This document shows, piece after piece, positions 1 to 14,029 of a stretch of 64,000 nucleotides of DNA. Every line of letters begins with the position of its first letter. Positions within the stretch are counted from its first letter, which is position 1. The position numbers and the translations under genes are program-made. Source of the stretch: Monocercomonoides exilis PA203 (taxonomy: Eukaryota; Protista; Preaxostyla); the NCBI GenBank assembly GCA_001643675.2, contig LSRY02000039.1, positions 961,344-1,025,343 on the forward strand. The letters run 5' to 3'. The notes under the pieces were generated by a model. The model ran no database searches and was not told the origin of the DNA. It saw only the letters and a list, made by a program, of their open reading frames with translations.

Positions 1-96
1 TTTGAATAACTGCAATCTCTTGAATGTTTCTTTATTCATAAAGCAAAAATAAACAAATGTGAAAGCCACAATCTCTTGTTTATTATGATTATATGC

Positions 97-163
97 AAAA
101 AGAAAGAAAGAAAGAAAGAAAGAAAAGAAAAGAAAAGAAAAGAAAAGAAAAGAAAAAGAAAAA
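97..163 (+). repeat. (AAAG)n/(AAAAG)n microsatellite
   Basis: Direct observation. Confidence 0.9.
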
Positions 164-1056
164 GATAAATAGAAAAAAAGAAAATTTATCCACTCTGATA
201 TTAAGAAATTAAATATTCACTTGCAAAAATTTAATGATTATCAATTGTCATCATAGTCCTTTGTTCGAGACTGAAATTTCAAAAAAGTCATTTCTAATGT
301 AAGGAAATCGATAGGTGAAAAATAAAAAATTCTCAGAATTTTCACTTTTGTTTTCGCATCCCTCTTAAAGAAGATCAACAAGTTTTTGAGAGAAAAGATG
401 TTTCATTTTTTACATTAGGTTTGAATGTTGTTTTTCATGAAAATTGATAAGGAGAGAGAATCATTCAAATAAGTTTTTTGAAAAATTGATATTTGAAAAT
501 CAGATTACTCTTTATGTTGAAATTATCTTCTTTGTCAATCTTTTTGATTCAATTCAAAACAGTCAAAAGCAAATTTCAGATAATCTGGTTAAAACTCATA
601 TATGCAATGATATGAAAAAGAGTTATAAACGAAATAAGAAAAAACAATGACATATTATTCATGAAACTTGTATAAGCATTTTTAAATGCTCAGATTTCTT
701 ATAAAAAACAGATAAGAAAAATGTTCGGATTTTTTGAAATAAAAATAAAAAACAAACAAACAAATAAATAAATAAATAAATAAATAAATCATTTCAATAA
801 TGAATTCATATTCAAAAAGAATCATCACAAAACATGAAAAAACAGAAAAACAGAAAAAATAACTCAAAAAATTTGTTTTCCTTTCGAAATTTATCTCTAT
901 AGCTCTTGTTTCACCAATTATATTTCAAATGCAAATAAAAAACAAATAAAGAACTCTGGGCATTAAAGCCAACAATAAACAAAGTACATCCATTGAACAA
1001 ATGCATATTGTGAACTTAACTTCAATAAACTTTTAAATTTCTCATTGCTCAATGAT

Positions 1057-2512
1057 TTATAAATTTACAAAAAATTCAGCAGGATCCATATTCAAGTCTT
1101 CTGAGAAAATGTCACTGAGTAATAGTTCATTCATTTCGGTGAGTGTGTCTTCAAAACCTTCTTCTTCCAACTTGACATGAACTTCTCTTTTTTTCTGTTT
1201 CCATTTAACCTGCTCATTTTTTGAATCCATATTTTCTTTTAATCTTTTTGTGAGACATTGAAAGAAAATCAGACAGTTATCTGTTGTTTCATCTTTCAAT
1301 GTTGCGAGCTGAATGTCCTCCAAAATTAAATTTATTGCCCCTCCACTTAATAATAATCCAACTGACTCGAATGAGCGAAAATGTACCATGCTTTGAAATG
1401 TTTCAATAAATCCATTCGTGATCTCTTGATAATTGTCTTTTGCCAATCTGCACAATTTAGTCAAACATGATACGAGAACAGTATTTTCTTCTTTATGCAA
1501 TTCAAACCCCAAAAAGAATGTATCAATTGTCTGACGCCATCTCAAAATCAAATATTTTTTTTCTTCATCTTGCTCGGTCTTCTTCCAGTCCATGTCCATC
1601 ATCAGTCCTTCCAATTCTTGTGTTGTTTCACCAACAAAATGGAGATCATTTAAAATAACATTCCTCAACCTTCTGTCATATTTGACTCTGTTGAGGAAAA
1701 ATTCCAAGCAAGATTGATAACCAAGACGAGTCAGATTGTGATGCTCCTGATGATGCTTCACAAGTTCCACAATCGTCTCCGAATACAACTCTTTCTTCAA
1801 TGACTGTTCAAATAAGAATTACATAAAAATTTTCAAAACAAAAATGAAAGAAAAGAAAAGAAATCTGCTCACACAAAAGACTGATCAAAGCAGCTCAAAG
1901 CCAACAAAGCCATTTCAACTTCAGTTTTTGCTTTTTCGGTTTCATCCTTGTTGGATGAAACCTTCAAAAGGCAAGACAAACAAATTGATACCAACTCTTC
2001 TGACCTATCAAAACAAAATCCATGAAAATAAAGGAAACTTTCGCATAAATCCACCAAAAGCGATTCATTCTTCTTTTCTTTTTTATTCTCTTCATCAACA
2101 ATCGATTTTTTGAATCTTGCACATAACGAGGAATCTTCAAAACTTGAATTCCCGATTCGCATCAATACCATGTTATATCCGATATTTCTCAATAGTAAAG
2201 ATGCATTCTCCAATGATAACTTCTTTCTTTCAGTCAGGCTTTCGATATCTTTTAGTAATCTGGTGGTGCATATCAGTGACAAATAATAATTGCCTGAATT
2301 GTCAATCAATTCCATCATTTCTTCAATCAATGGCTGTTGCTCATCAGGATCACAAAATTCAAGTCGACTGATAGCGACTTTTCAAAAGAAATGAGAATAC
2401 GTTTTATGAAGCCAAGACTTATGTGTAAGAAATATGATCATACATGAAAATTTCTCTTTTGGCGACATTTTCGACAATTTGTCATCTGTTTTATTGAAAT
2501 CACAATTCTCCA
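1057..2512 (-). CDS. Expanded host family protein (helical, 'EEEGxED' family), multi-exon
   Basis: ORFs 1869-2330 and 1057-1800 with LLVDLCE, EVEMALLALS, HHQEHHNLTRL and KLEEEGFED; short GT-AG intron between them. 5' end uncertain. Confidence 0.75.
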
Positions 2513-4240
2513 TAAAAATATTCCAAAGATAAAAATAAAGGATGTTCCACTTCTTTTGAATGAACAAAAACAGTGAACTTATAATGGCTAAATAATTTAT
2601 TTCAAAAAGTTGAAATTATGGTAATCTCGGAATAAATTGTTTTTTATTTCACCGAGTACAAAAAAGTTTAATTCGACAAACAAAACGTTATTATTATGTC
2701 GAAATATTTTTAAAATTTAAAAAAAAAACTTCATTTTTAATGAATTATTCTTATTTTTTATATTTATTTGCAGGATGTACCCATATTTTTAAAATATGCT
2801 ATTCTCTCAGAAAATTTTGTTTTTTTTGTTAAAAAAAAATAAAAATAAAAATAAAAATAAAAATAAAAAATAAAATAAAAAAAAATTGACATATGAATCA
2901 AAAAGGATATATGCAAATTTTGTTGTTAAGTTGTTTTTTTCAACGAAAGCTGGGAATATTTCTGAAGCTTATGATGGATGGAATGCACTGAAGGTTCAAT
3001 TTTATTATTGTTCATAAAGAAATAATATGATTTGAAAAAAATCTCACTGAAAAAAAATAAAGCACTCATTCATTTAATAACAGAATAGTCACAAAAAAAT
3101 GTGGATTTTTTTGTTTGAGATGGAAAAGAAAAACAAATAAAATAATTTCTTATTTCCAAATTTGTTTCTGTTGATTCTCGGTTTCATGTGTTCAAAAATA
3201 CTTTTCAAAGAAAAGCGTTTTTATTGATAGATGTGAAATGAATTGATGTGGTATGAAAGAAAATGGCGTAAAAATTCTAATCCTCCACTGTTCGATGTTT
3301 ATCGCTGCCTTAAAAGCTGGATATGAAAAAAGACTTAATGAGCGTTTTTCAATTAATAAATTCTTTAATAAAGTTGTAATGTATTTTGTTGATGATGTGG
3401 GACAAAATATTTGACTTCATGCTTTTTTATTGAAAAATTACACACTTTTCATTAACTTTTTGAGATCACAAATCTCAATAAAATTATTTCCATTTTTTGA
3501 CATTCGTGAAGTGTCACCATGCTTAATGTTTTGATTTCTATGATTCCTGTTTAGAAATTATTAAATCCGATTTATTTTGAAATCTGAGAGAGCGAAATAA
3601 AGATATGAACGAAGTTATTTTAATATGCCCTATGCAAAAAAAGCTTGAAAGTCCGTATTTTCCCCCATGTGTTTTCAAAATATTGATTTGCTTCATGGGT
3701 TAATTTTTATGATCAAAAAATTAAAACAGGAAGAAATTGTTAGGGGAAATAATGAATTAAAAGAACAGATGGTTTTTCGAATGTTGCTTTTTGTGGAAGA
3801 GTCTTGAAAAACTGAAAAGCGTGTAGATGGTGTATTAATGCAAGTTGGAAAGTCGTTAATCAATAAGTCGAATGTGGACATTTTTTTGAAAAAATAGCAG
3901 AAAAAAATTACAAAGCAAATGGAACAAACAATTTTTTTAAGTTGTAACAGGATGAATTCGAAAACAAAAGGAGTGATGAATATTTTTGGAAATGTTCTTT
4001 TTTTTCATTCAAGTCTTGTTAATATTTTCTTTCAATAAAATGCTTTGGATGTGTATTTTTATTTTTGAATAGTCATTATTTTCGAATTCAAATTTTTTTT
4101 CAATTTTTGAACTGTTGTTGATAAAGCATCTGAGATTGTCATGATTTTGTTGTTTAAAAATATCGTGATTTTCTTTGTAAGTGGAATTTGCACTGCAGTT
4201 TTGAGTCTCCTTGTTCAAGTGAATAATTATATATATATAT

Positions 4241-4496
4241 AAGTGATTATTTTTGTAATCATAATTTTTATTTGGGTGTTAATTTTTCAATGGTTTTTAT
4301 TGTTTGGTTAAAAGGGTTTCACAAAAATGGTTCATCCATCGTGATTGTTTCAAAAAAAAGATTTTTTAAATGAAAGTGAGAAATAAATACTACAAATTGT
4401 GCCATAACTTATCGGTGTTTTATCATTAATATTCTTCGCACAATTTCGAACAGTATTTTTTTTTATGAAAGAATATGATTTCAAAAATAATCACCC
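4241..4496. mobile_element. 256-bp MITE, same family, degenerate left end
   Basis: AAGTGATTATTTTTGTAATCAT / ATGATTTCAAAAATAATCACCC; same length as 39740-39995. Confidence 0.6.
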
Positions 4497-4549
4497 AAAT
4501 ATAAATATGGTTTGTTTGTTTGCTTGCTTGTTAAATCTCCAAAAAATGA

Positions 4550-4850
4550 TTGAGAAATTAGTAGCATTTGCTGAGATCATCCTAAACTTTTTGTTCTTTT
4601 CTTTTTATCTATATTCTTCAATAATCACTTTCTTGAATCTTTTGAGAAATTGGAAATAAAAAAGTTCATTTTTTTCAGTGTCATAAATAAATTTCCAATA
4701 ACCGATGAACTTCATCAATAAAACGATATTTTCCATCAATATGTTCATTTCTTCAATCATTTCGTCTATTTTGTTGAGTAATTCTTTTGATAAAATGGAC
4801 TTGAATTCTTCCTAATTCATTTCTTTGACTTGTTCATTCATAACGAGAAT
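4550..4850 (-). pseudogene. Degenerate 5' fragment of the same family
   Basis: Minus-strand translation ...EMN*EEFKSILSKELLNKIDEMIEE...ENIVLLMKFIGYW matches the family N-terminus; in-frame stop. Confidence 0.65.
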
Positions 4851-6249
4851 TTTGTGTTAGGTAATTAATTAATCCGAACATTTTTTATGTAGTTTGAATA
4901 AGAAACAAAATTTCCATATTTTTTTTATTGTTTTTGGGATATAACGAAAAGTTTGAAGTTGGAAATTTGGATTAATTACCTAAACTCAATCTCTGATATG
5001 GTGAGATTGGACGGGGTTAGTTTCTCCATCTCTGATTAATGTTTCCCCTGAGGAGATTAGGTTATAGCAACTGGGCTGGCAAAGTTAGAATTTAAATAAA
5101 AAATATTTTTTTGATTGTTTTTCATTCAGAAAAAAATTTTTTAAAAAAATAAAAATTAGATTATAACCAAGAATTTTTTGAAATGAGTGTTGTCGAAAAT
5201 TAAATACAGCAAGGATTAAAGAAAATTGGAAGCTTAATGTCATCCTTTCAATATTACCATATGGGTGTTTTTTTATGGGATCATTAAAATAGTACAATCA
5301 AATAAAAAGTTTTAATTGACTCATCATTTTCATTTCTTTCCTTATTAATTGCAGAATCATTCATTAGGAATTTCATTAAACGCATTTTAATTAAGCCAAC
5401 AATATTTTGAAAAAATCAATACAACCCCATTATAAAATTTCTTTGAAATAAGTTTCATCCATATATCTCCATCACACAAACAAAATGAAAACCTTGTCAA
5501 TGCAAATTTTAAAAAAATTAACTTTTATTTCAACATAGACAAATGTGGTTTGTTGACAAATACGTGTTTCTTCATTTCCAAATTATTAATGTTTTTCAAT
5601 GAGAAACAAACCCCATCAATGAATGGAAAATCTGCAGCAATTAGATGAATGGACAATATTGCTCTTGTGAACATCCTAAAGCAATCAGGAAGTGAAATTC
5701 ATTTGAATTTTTAAAGAACTTTAAAACTGTGACTTTATTTTTTCTCACTGTTTGAAAAAGTGTGTGAAGTTATTGTTTTTGTTATAAACAGAAAATGTTC
5801 ACAATATATATTTTATTTTTTAATGTTTGTGTATTCGTTGCATTGAGGAAAAGCTGGAATCTTTCATTTAATATTTTGTCTCAAATCATCTTAAACTTTT
5901 GCGAAAGTCAATGGAAGAATACAAGGAGGTGAAAGTCCCGTCAATCATTAACATTTGTTCAAGGTTTTGAGGGAGTCTTTAACAGCAGGCCTTGCGGGCA
6001 TATTATTTTTTGATATTGTTCATATATCTCAATATTTGTTTTTTAATTATTTTAAAGCAAAAATAACAAGAGCACTTCATCATCAAACGTTATTGTGTGG
6101 TATTCAATTTTTTCAACTTATCATGCTTTATCAATCTTCAATAACTATAACTTAATATTTCAAGAAAAATGAAAATAACAACGATTACACAAAAAGTTCA
6201 ACATTTGATCAAAAAAAATCAAACGCGCACCTTCAAAGCATTTGACACA

Positions 6250-9200
6250 AGAATCACTGGAAATGATAACATTTTCTGATTTCATCAAAATTTCTCGATG
6301 GTTTCTACTTCTAGTTTTGAATATTTTCCATATCATCGGAAATTCCTTTGAATTTTCATCTTCATTTCAACTGGAGTACATATTATCACTTGTCTGACAT
6401 AGAGCCCAAAATCAGTACAGATGAAAATATTTCTTCGAGGTTCTTTCATCTGATTTAGCTTCTTCATCATTTATAAAAAAAGATCGTTGTTTTAAGGAAT
6501 CATCAATTTCTTCTCTTCAAATAGCATCTCTTTCGATAATATCAGCAAGCTCTTCAAAACTTTCAATATCTTTTGCTATTTTCACTTCTCCTTTTTTTCA
6601 GCTGAAGATACCCCTCCTTCATAGTATTATCCTTCGATAATTGATTTTCCTGAAACAACCACTTTCTCTCTTTGTTTCATCTTCTGTGATATGTTGAAGG
6701 CATGTAATAGCGCGATCTCTCGAAGATCACCTTCGCAATCGTTCGTTCCAAATAACGTCTTTTACCATGCTCCTTCTGTTTTCTGTGAATTCTTTCAATC
6801 TCAAAATAAATAACGCAGATTCGATCATCATGGATTGTGCACCTGATGATCAGCTATTCTTGGTTTAATGCAGAATCATTTCTGCTGTCTCATGATTTAT
6901 ACAGACATTCCATGATAGAATAAACATTAGTTTTGCTTCTCCAAATTCAAGCTGAAGGCGAAGTCTGCTGTCCAATATGAGGATTGTTGAATGAAAGAGA
7001 AGGAGGCGAAGATAGAGCAGATAGTGAAAGTGGAGAAAGTGAGACAGGAGTAGCAAAATTTGCAGAAGATGGATGGACAGCTTGAGATGAAAGGGAAGGA
7101 GATAAAGATGTTCTGAGGGAAGGAGAAGATTGCTGTTGGATGTTCATAAACAATGACGAATTGACAAATGACGAAGTACAATGAGAAAGAGGATGAAGAG
7201 CAATGTTTGTATTAACAGAAAAATCAGCTGCTGAATCAAAAGGCGCAACCAAATTGAGGGCAGAATATTTCTGCATCAGATCCATCACCATTGAATTCTG
7301 CTACGTGAAGAAAAACGCCAACTTTGAGAACGACAGCTCATCTCGTTGCACAAGCACGTTGTTCTGACTGAATGTTCTTTTCCCTTTCTCCTTCTGAAAC
7401 AGCAGAGCTGATCCTTTCCCTGCTCCTTTCCTTCCCTTTCTGTGTGTCGTCTCTACTTCCTCTTTGTTCGTACACCAGCCCCGCCACATCATCCCTCTTC
7501 CTCTTCTCAGCTCCGCCCTGCTCTGCCTCAGCCCACTCTTCAGTGCACTCATCAGATCCAACCGCGTTCTTGTCTGCCTCGAATCGACTGCTGCATACAC
7601 AGGCACCTTCCGCATCTTCCACACAAATTGCCCGTTTTCCTCGCTTTTGATACGCACATAGCGGCAGGGCACATCCAGTTCATCGCTCAAATCTTCAAAG
7701 TCAGAATTCGCTAAATCATTCAACATGCAGTCCAATTTCCGTTCTCTTGTCAAAATTGGCGTTTGGCTTTCTTTCGCCTCTTGTTGCGCCTCGCTTGCCA
7801 TTTTGTTCTCTTTCTGGTTGGTTGGTGTGCCTGTCTCAAGATGTGGCTGTAATATTCCTTGGATGCTGCTAAACAGATTCTTATCTTTTTCCTCTATCTT
7901 CTTCGCCATTTTCTCCATTTTCCTGCGCTCCCGCTCTTCTTTCTTCTTTCGCCTCCTCTCTTTCTCTTCTTTCTCCTTTTTCTTCTTCTGTATCTCCTGC
8001 AGTTTTATCAGCCGAAGCAGTTTTTCTCTCTGTTTGCGTCTCATCTCTCTTCGCAAGTCTTCATCGCTGATGATGGAACTGTTGGAAAAACATTCACTTT
8101 CTTCATTCTTCTTCTTTTCCTTCAAAGAATTTCTTCTACTCAATGATAAACTCTCGTTTTCTTCTGCTTTGACATTATTTTCTTTTTCTTCATCATTGTT
8201 ATCTCCATCATTTTCAGGCTTCAATGCCTTCCTCATCTTAATCATTTCTCTTGTCCTTATTTCCCTCCCTTCTCTCGTTCCTTGCTCCTCTCTTTCTTTC
8301 CTTCGCTCTCTCTCTTTCTCTTTCTCTCTTCCTTTTCTCCAGATTCTCTGCATATCGCTCCATCATCCGAAACTCTGCAAAAAGCGTTAGCGACTCAAAC
8401 ACATCTGGAGAAAAAATAAAATATTATCTTTTTATTCTTCCAAACTGCTGCAACATCCTTCTCATATGCTGCTCTTCACCTGTCAGGAATTTGTTGTGAA
8501 GCAATGGACGAAACAAGGAGGAATAAGAAGAAGAAGAAGAAGCGTTCGATGAGATTGAGGCGGCATCCACTTGTGCGCAGCTGTTGAGATATCGTCTGAG
8601 GAGGAGAGTGTGCATTAATATTATACGAAGCGCCGGTTAATCTCAGAGCAGTGGGGTGGTCATGGGTGGAGAGAGAGATCGGTTGCTGTTGGAGAAGAAG
8701 AAGAAGAAAAAGAAAAAGAAGAAGAAGAAGAAGAGGAGGAGGAGGAGGAGGATAAGGAAAATGCGATGATGAAGAAAATCTTGTTGATGATGATGAAGTT
8801 AATACCGATTGAGAATGGGAAGAAGGAGAAAGAGAAGAAGAAGATGATGATGATGACAACGAAGCAATAGAATGAGCATTCATTCCATTGGTATAAACAT
8901 CATCATCATCTCTATTTCTGTATGTGTTTTGATGAAAGAAATATTCTGTCAATGAAGATGTGAAGAGTGCATTGGGAGAGCTTATCAATTGAGGCATCTG
9001 TCGTTCTGATTGTTCAGAAGAAGAAGGAGAAGAAGAAGAGGAAGAGGAAGAAGAAGGAGGAGGAGGAGGAGAAGAAGAAGAAGAAGATGATGATGGAGGA
9101 GGAGGAGGAGAAGAAGAAGAAGATGAAAGAAAGAAAGAAAGAAAAATTGAATGAAATGAGTTTGATGGGACTATTTGAGGGCGGATGAGCAGTAAAGACC

Positions 9201-10330
9201 AACAAGACTCATTTGAAGGAAATGAAGAAACATTGGATGGATTAGAATTTTAAAATAAATAGCAACAACAGACGGAAGATCCATTCCATGTTGCTTCATG
9301 AGAATTTGAAGGCTGTCCAAACAACAAATTCTCAAAAACGAAGAACGTCTTTTTTGTATCAACCAAGTTAATAAAAAATATCTTCAATAAAGAAATCGGA
9401 GGAGAATGAGAAGAAACCATATTATCATCAAAAATACTGCTTGAAATGGATTGTCTTCAAGAATGACGCTCGAAGAAATAGAAACTGCAAATTGGAATGA
9501 GAAAAAAGATATTAAAATAAAAATAAAAATAAGTTTTGCATTGATTATTAAAACTTTTGAAAAGAATGCATACACCCTCTCTATTGCAAAATCAGAAGAT
9601 TGCTTTATCACCGATGCTGCCAATTTCCTTACTCCATCAACCTTGTTTCCTTCATGAATATCCTTCTTTCTATGTTTTCATCCACTTTCTTATTCAGAAA
9701 AAATACCTCTTCATTTTTTCCTTTCCAATAACTGTCCAATTGTTGGAATTCTTCTTTTATTTCCTCTCATCCAAGTGCTTTTCTATTGAGAATTTTCATT
9801 CTCTGTTCCAATTGAATACAAAAAATATGCAATTCCCATCTGTTGATTGTATCTTCGCATCCAGCTCTCTTCTGATGATCGTTCAGAAAAACAAAGGAAT
9901 AAACATTTTTATATTTTATCAGATTCCTGGATTATGAAAAAATAATAAATATAAGTATCTTCTCAACGAATAAGACCAATAAAAAAGGCATACATAAAAA
10001 TTTCCGTATGTTATTTTGAAAAATGAATTTCCTTCAAAGATGTTTTTCAAAAAAAGTCATCTCTCACAATTCCACTGCCAATGCCTTGAAGTCGCTGTCT
10101 CGTGCACCCTCTCAAAATAATAACTACTATCCTTCAGAAAATGTTCATTTACTCTTCTCTTATCCGATATATTAGCTTTCACGGAAAAAAGATAATTGAA
10201 TTATCAAATATACCTTAATATTTTTTCTGTTTCAATTATTTTTTTAAAATATCATCGATGGATTGCATGTTTTCAAGTGCTTCAAAGATCTCTCTTTCGA
10301 TTTTCTGAAGAATTTTTATTCGTTTCATGA
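6250..10330 (-). CDS. Large multi-exon, low-complexity hypothetical gene
   Basis: Chain of minus-strand ORFs (6947-7291, 7301-8353, 8476-8997, 9384-9623) with Ser- and Lys/Glu-rich tracts; exon structure not resolved. Confidence 0.4.
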
Positions 10331-12502
10331 AAATTTTTAACAACAAACAAAAATTACTCATGAAAGATCAACGATGCAACGATTTTATGATCTCAAAAAA
10401 AATCACCCATATAGAAAGTGGATTGGAACGTGTTACAACAATTATCGCTAATGGAGAAGTTTGGTTACTCATGTTGCAAACATGAAGGAATTTACTCGCT
10501 CGGCAATTGATAGAGCAGTTACAGCTGTGGAAAAAGGAAGGAAGGCAGGGAAAAATGGAAGACCAGAATAATTCAATAAGGAAAAAAAAGAAACCATATT
10601 TGGAGTGCTAAAAATCGAATGTGAAAGTGGGACAAGTTACAATGCTGGTCAAATGAGGAAATTTGTTAGTCACTATTCTTTTAATTAGTTGTATTTTCAC
10701 CAAAAATAATTCAAAGTCGATAACTTTCATTCGAAGTCGAAAAAGTTGCAAACGAAATCGAAAAACTTTCAATCGAAATCGAAAATTTGACAAAAATATA
10801 AATAATTAATATTGAGAATTCAATTGAAGTGGATCTTTGTTCTTTTGTTTTTGTGTTTATTTTTATCAATGTTTGTGTTGTTGTTTTCTACAAATTTTGA
10901 AGATTTCGTACCAAAATAAACTCAAAAATAAACTCTCAACGAAACATAAAACATTTGTTTCCTTCCATAAGAAATAAGTTTTTTTAAATGAAAAACGCGA
11001 AATAAGAGAGCCAATATTGCGTTCATCATTCTTCATTAATTGTGAAAAATTATTATCAAAAATTTTTTGCAAATCTTTTGAAAAGCAGTATTCTTTCAAT
11101 TGAAATAAAATAAAAATATGTCAGAATTTCTCTCACATTTTTTTATTTTTGCGATTGGACAAAAGGAAGCAAAGAAAAATATCGGAAAAAAGATGAAAAA
11201 TCATTAAAATTACAAATGTCATTGATATTTCAACAATAAAAATATTTTTTGTCTTTTAATGAATTTTGTCAACTCATTGAAATTTTGAAAAATTTCGAAC
11301 TTTCGACTTTGCTTGAAAGTTTTTCGACTTTGATTGAAACTTTTTCGACTTCGAATGAAACTTTTTCGACTTCGAATGAAAGTTTTCCGATTTTGAATAA
11401 TAATTTTCGATTTCTTTTGAAAGTTTTTCGATTTTGAATAATTTTTGGTGTATCTATTTTTAATATATTCAGATAAACACTGTTTTCAATGATAGGAAAA
11501 AAGACAATATTGATGAAGAAGATGAAGAAGTGAACATTTCAAAAGCATATTCCTATCAATACACCAAAAGGAACGCAGAGCTTAAGGCTTCACACCCTCG
11601 AAACGTTGACATCCAAGGGCTCTCTGCATCAAATCAGCAAACTCTCCGTCCCTTTTTCACTCTTCAACTAAACCTTCATGACCAACATCATTATTCGAAC
11701 TCTCTCATCTTCAATATTGATGAATCTTCTCTTAGGCTCTCTGATTCTTTCTCTTCTCTTGTTTTTCACCCTTCCGACATGCCTGCTGGTTTCTCCAAAA
11801 CACCAATGAAAATTCCAAACGCAACTCTCGTTGTCACAGGTGCAACTGATGGCTACTCCCTAAAAAGCTTCGTTCTGTGGCCTTGTCACAAATTACCTGA
11901 TGAACTGCGCCTTGTTCTGAGCTCGCAGTTGGATGTTTGGGGTGAAAATGAATGCTGGATGACTGAAGCACTATTCCTCAAATATGCTGAAGAAGTGTTG
12001 CTCCCAGGAATCGCGCAAAGAAGAGAAACTTTGAAGAAGAATGATGAACGTTGCCTTCTCCTTCTTGATTCGCATTCATCGTGAGCGCAGCCTGACTTAT
12101 GGAAGAAGTTTGCCGATTCTTCAATAGATGTCGTCACCTTCGTGCCCCACACCACTCACATCGCTCAGCCGTTGGATCGTGGCGTATTTGCTGTTTTTAA
12201 AAAAAACAATTAATACAAATAACAAAGCACCTTCTTCTTCTTCTGTTATTTTGAAACTAAAAGCACTAGCTGATTTGCTTCCACAAGCTTTGCAAACTTC
12301 TTTGTTGCCTTCAACAATCAAATCTTCATTTGCGAAGAGCGGAGTACTGTCGCATCAGTGGCACGAAGTGTTAGCGATGCTGCCAAAAGAACCTTCTGTC
12401 ACTCTGAATAAAAGTACAAAAAGGCTTGATTATTTTGAAATATTTTTCACTGATGAAGTGTTTTATATAGAAAAGAAAAAAGAAAAGGATGAAAGAAAAT
12501 AG
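10327..12502 (+). pseudogene. pogo/Fot1-like (DDE_1, DD35D) transposase pseudogene with one intron
   Basis: GRPR motif (~10560); IFNIDESS; LLLLDSHSS*...QPLDRGVF with 35 residues between D2 and D3; IKSSFAKSGV; premature TGA at 12082, frameshift ~12200; phase-0 intron 10665-11472. Confidence 0.85.
10698..11450. mobile_element. Foldback/MITE (CACCAAAAAT TIR, ~21-bp subterminal tandem repeats), copy A
   Basis: CACCAAAAATAATTCAAA...TTTTGAATAATTTTTGGTG, with arrays of TCGAAAAA-type ~21-mers in inverted orientation at the two ends. Confidence 0.8.
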
Positions 12503-13192
12503 TTAAAAAAATGATGAAAAAGAGTATGAAGAAACTGAAAATATTTTATTTGATGATGAAAAAACGAAAAAAATAAGAAAATTCAACTCACCGAAAATAT
12601 TAAATGATTGTTTTTCTGAGGATGGAAAAAAAAAAGAAATACTCAAAAAATAGTGAAACGAGAGCTTGTGGATTATATTTATTATTGGTATTTTTTTGTA
12701 ACATGAAATCAATACACAATTAACAAAAGAAATTTATTTATTATTTGTTCGGGCTTTCAAAAAAATATTCGGGTTTATCTATCACCTTATTTGCACTTTC
12801 TCTTCGCAATCTTCCAGTTCTGAAAATGATTCTTCAATGAAAAAAGAAAGAAATGAAGATTACAAAATTTTAAATGAAAAAATGAAAATAAACTCGAAAA
12901 CTTTTTGTGTTGAATTTCTCCTGCATTTTTTCAAATTAATTTCATTCAAAAGGAAATGTCGTTTTATCATTTATATTGAATTAACATTTGTTTGGGCTGA
13001 AGAAAATGCATCAAAAATTAAAACTTGAAATAACGCAAAAAATTAGAATTCACATTATTCTTCTTTGCCTTTGCATTTAAAGAAAGTTACAAAAGAGAAA
13101 GCAGGTTTTGAAAATTAACTCTTGTTTCAATGTATTCAACGATATAATAATTTTCTTTGAACTGAAATATCCATTGGCAAAATGGGAGATTT

Positions 13193-13847
13193 GGTCATTA
13201 GTCGATTCGATCGACACCAAAAAATATTCAAAATTTTGGATTTCTTTTTGATAGTAATAACAAACTTATAATTATAAATGTGTTTTGTAGCATTTGAGTT
13301 TTGAAATTAGGGTTTGAAGTGGGAAAAGGAGCAATTAATTAATATCACTTAGGGTTTGAGTTCGAATTCTTATTCGTCAAAATTTCTTTTTTAATAGAAT
13401 TAGAAAACGATATTCCGTCTGTTTAATCAAAAAATAAATCAACTATGTCTTCAGATTCTCTTCATTTTTGATTTCTTTATTCGATCAACTCTCCCCTATT
13501 TATATTTTCTCAATTATTGGAAAAAACAAATTCTTTTCACTACTCTCATTCTGTCTTTAACAAGTCCATTTCTGTAACTGAAATCATATTCATCATGTTT
13601 CTTCAATGTGAAAATTGTTAATTGGGTTGAGAATTCCTTTTTAAAACAAGTCAGATTCATACTTGATTATTGATGATCATAATTCCCTTTTTTATATATA
13701 ACTCCTCGATTTTCGGTTAAAAAAACAAGAAAATTGAACTTTGTTAAAAGTTTGTCAATAAACTTCTATTTGTAAAATTAGTTATTTTTTTCAAATATAA
13801 AATTGACTTAACGATTTTTTAGGGTGTCGATCTAATCGACTATTACC
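13193..13847. mobile_element. Non-autonomous TIR element (~655 bp) with a 7-8 bp TSD
   Basis: TAGTCGATTCGATCGACACC (13199-13218) / GGTGTCGATCTAATCGACTA (13823-13842); GAGATTT(G) on both flanks. Confidence 0.8.
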
Positions 13848-14029
13848 GAGATTTGTGAGTAAAAATGTTCTGAAAATTAATAATTTTATTTCTTGTATTG
13901 GAATGGAAAACAGAAAAAATCATTTCTAAAGAAAGATTTCTGCAAAATAAATTTTGGAAACTGGAAGACCAAAGAGATACAACGGTTTTATCATTTAATA
14001 AAATTATCTACATGTATGTAAAATTAATT

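Noticed and set aside
4860-4980. Small inverted repeat GGTAATTAAT/ATTAATTACC, possible mini-MITE
   Set aside because: Only ~10-13 bp, AT-rich, with no clear direct TSD; too weak to call.
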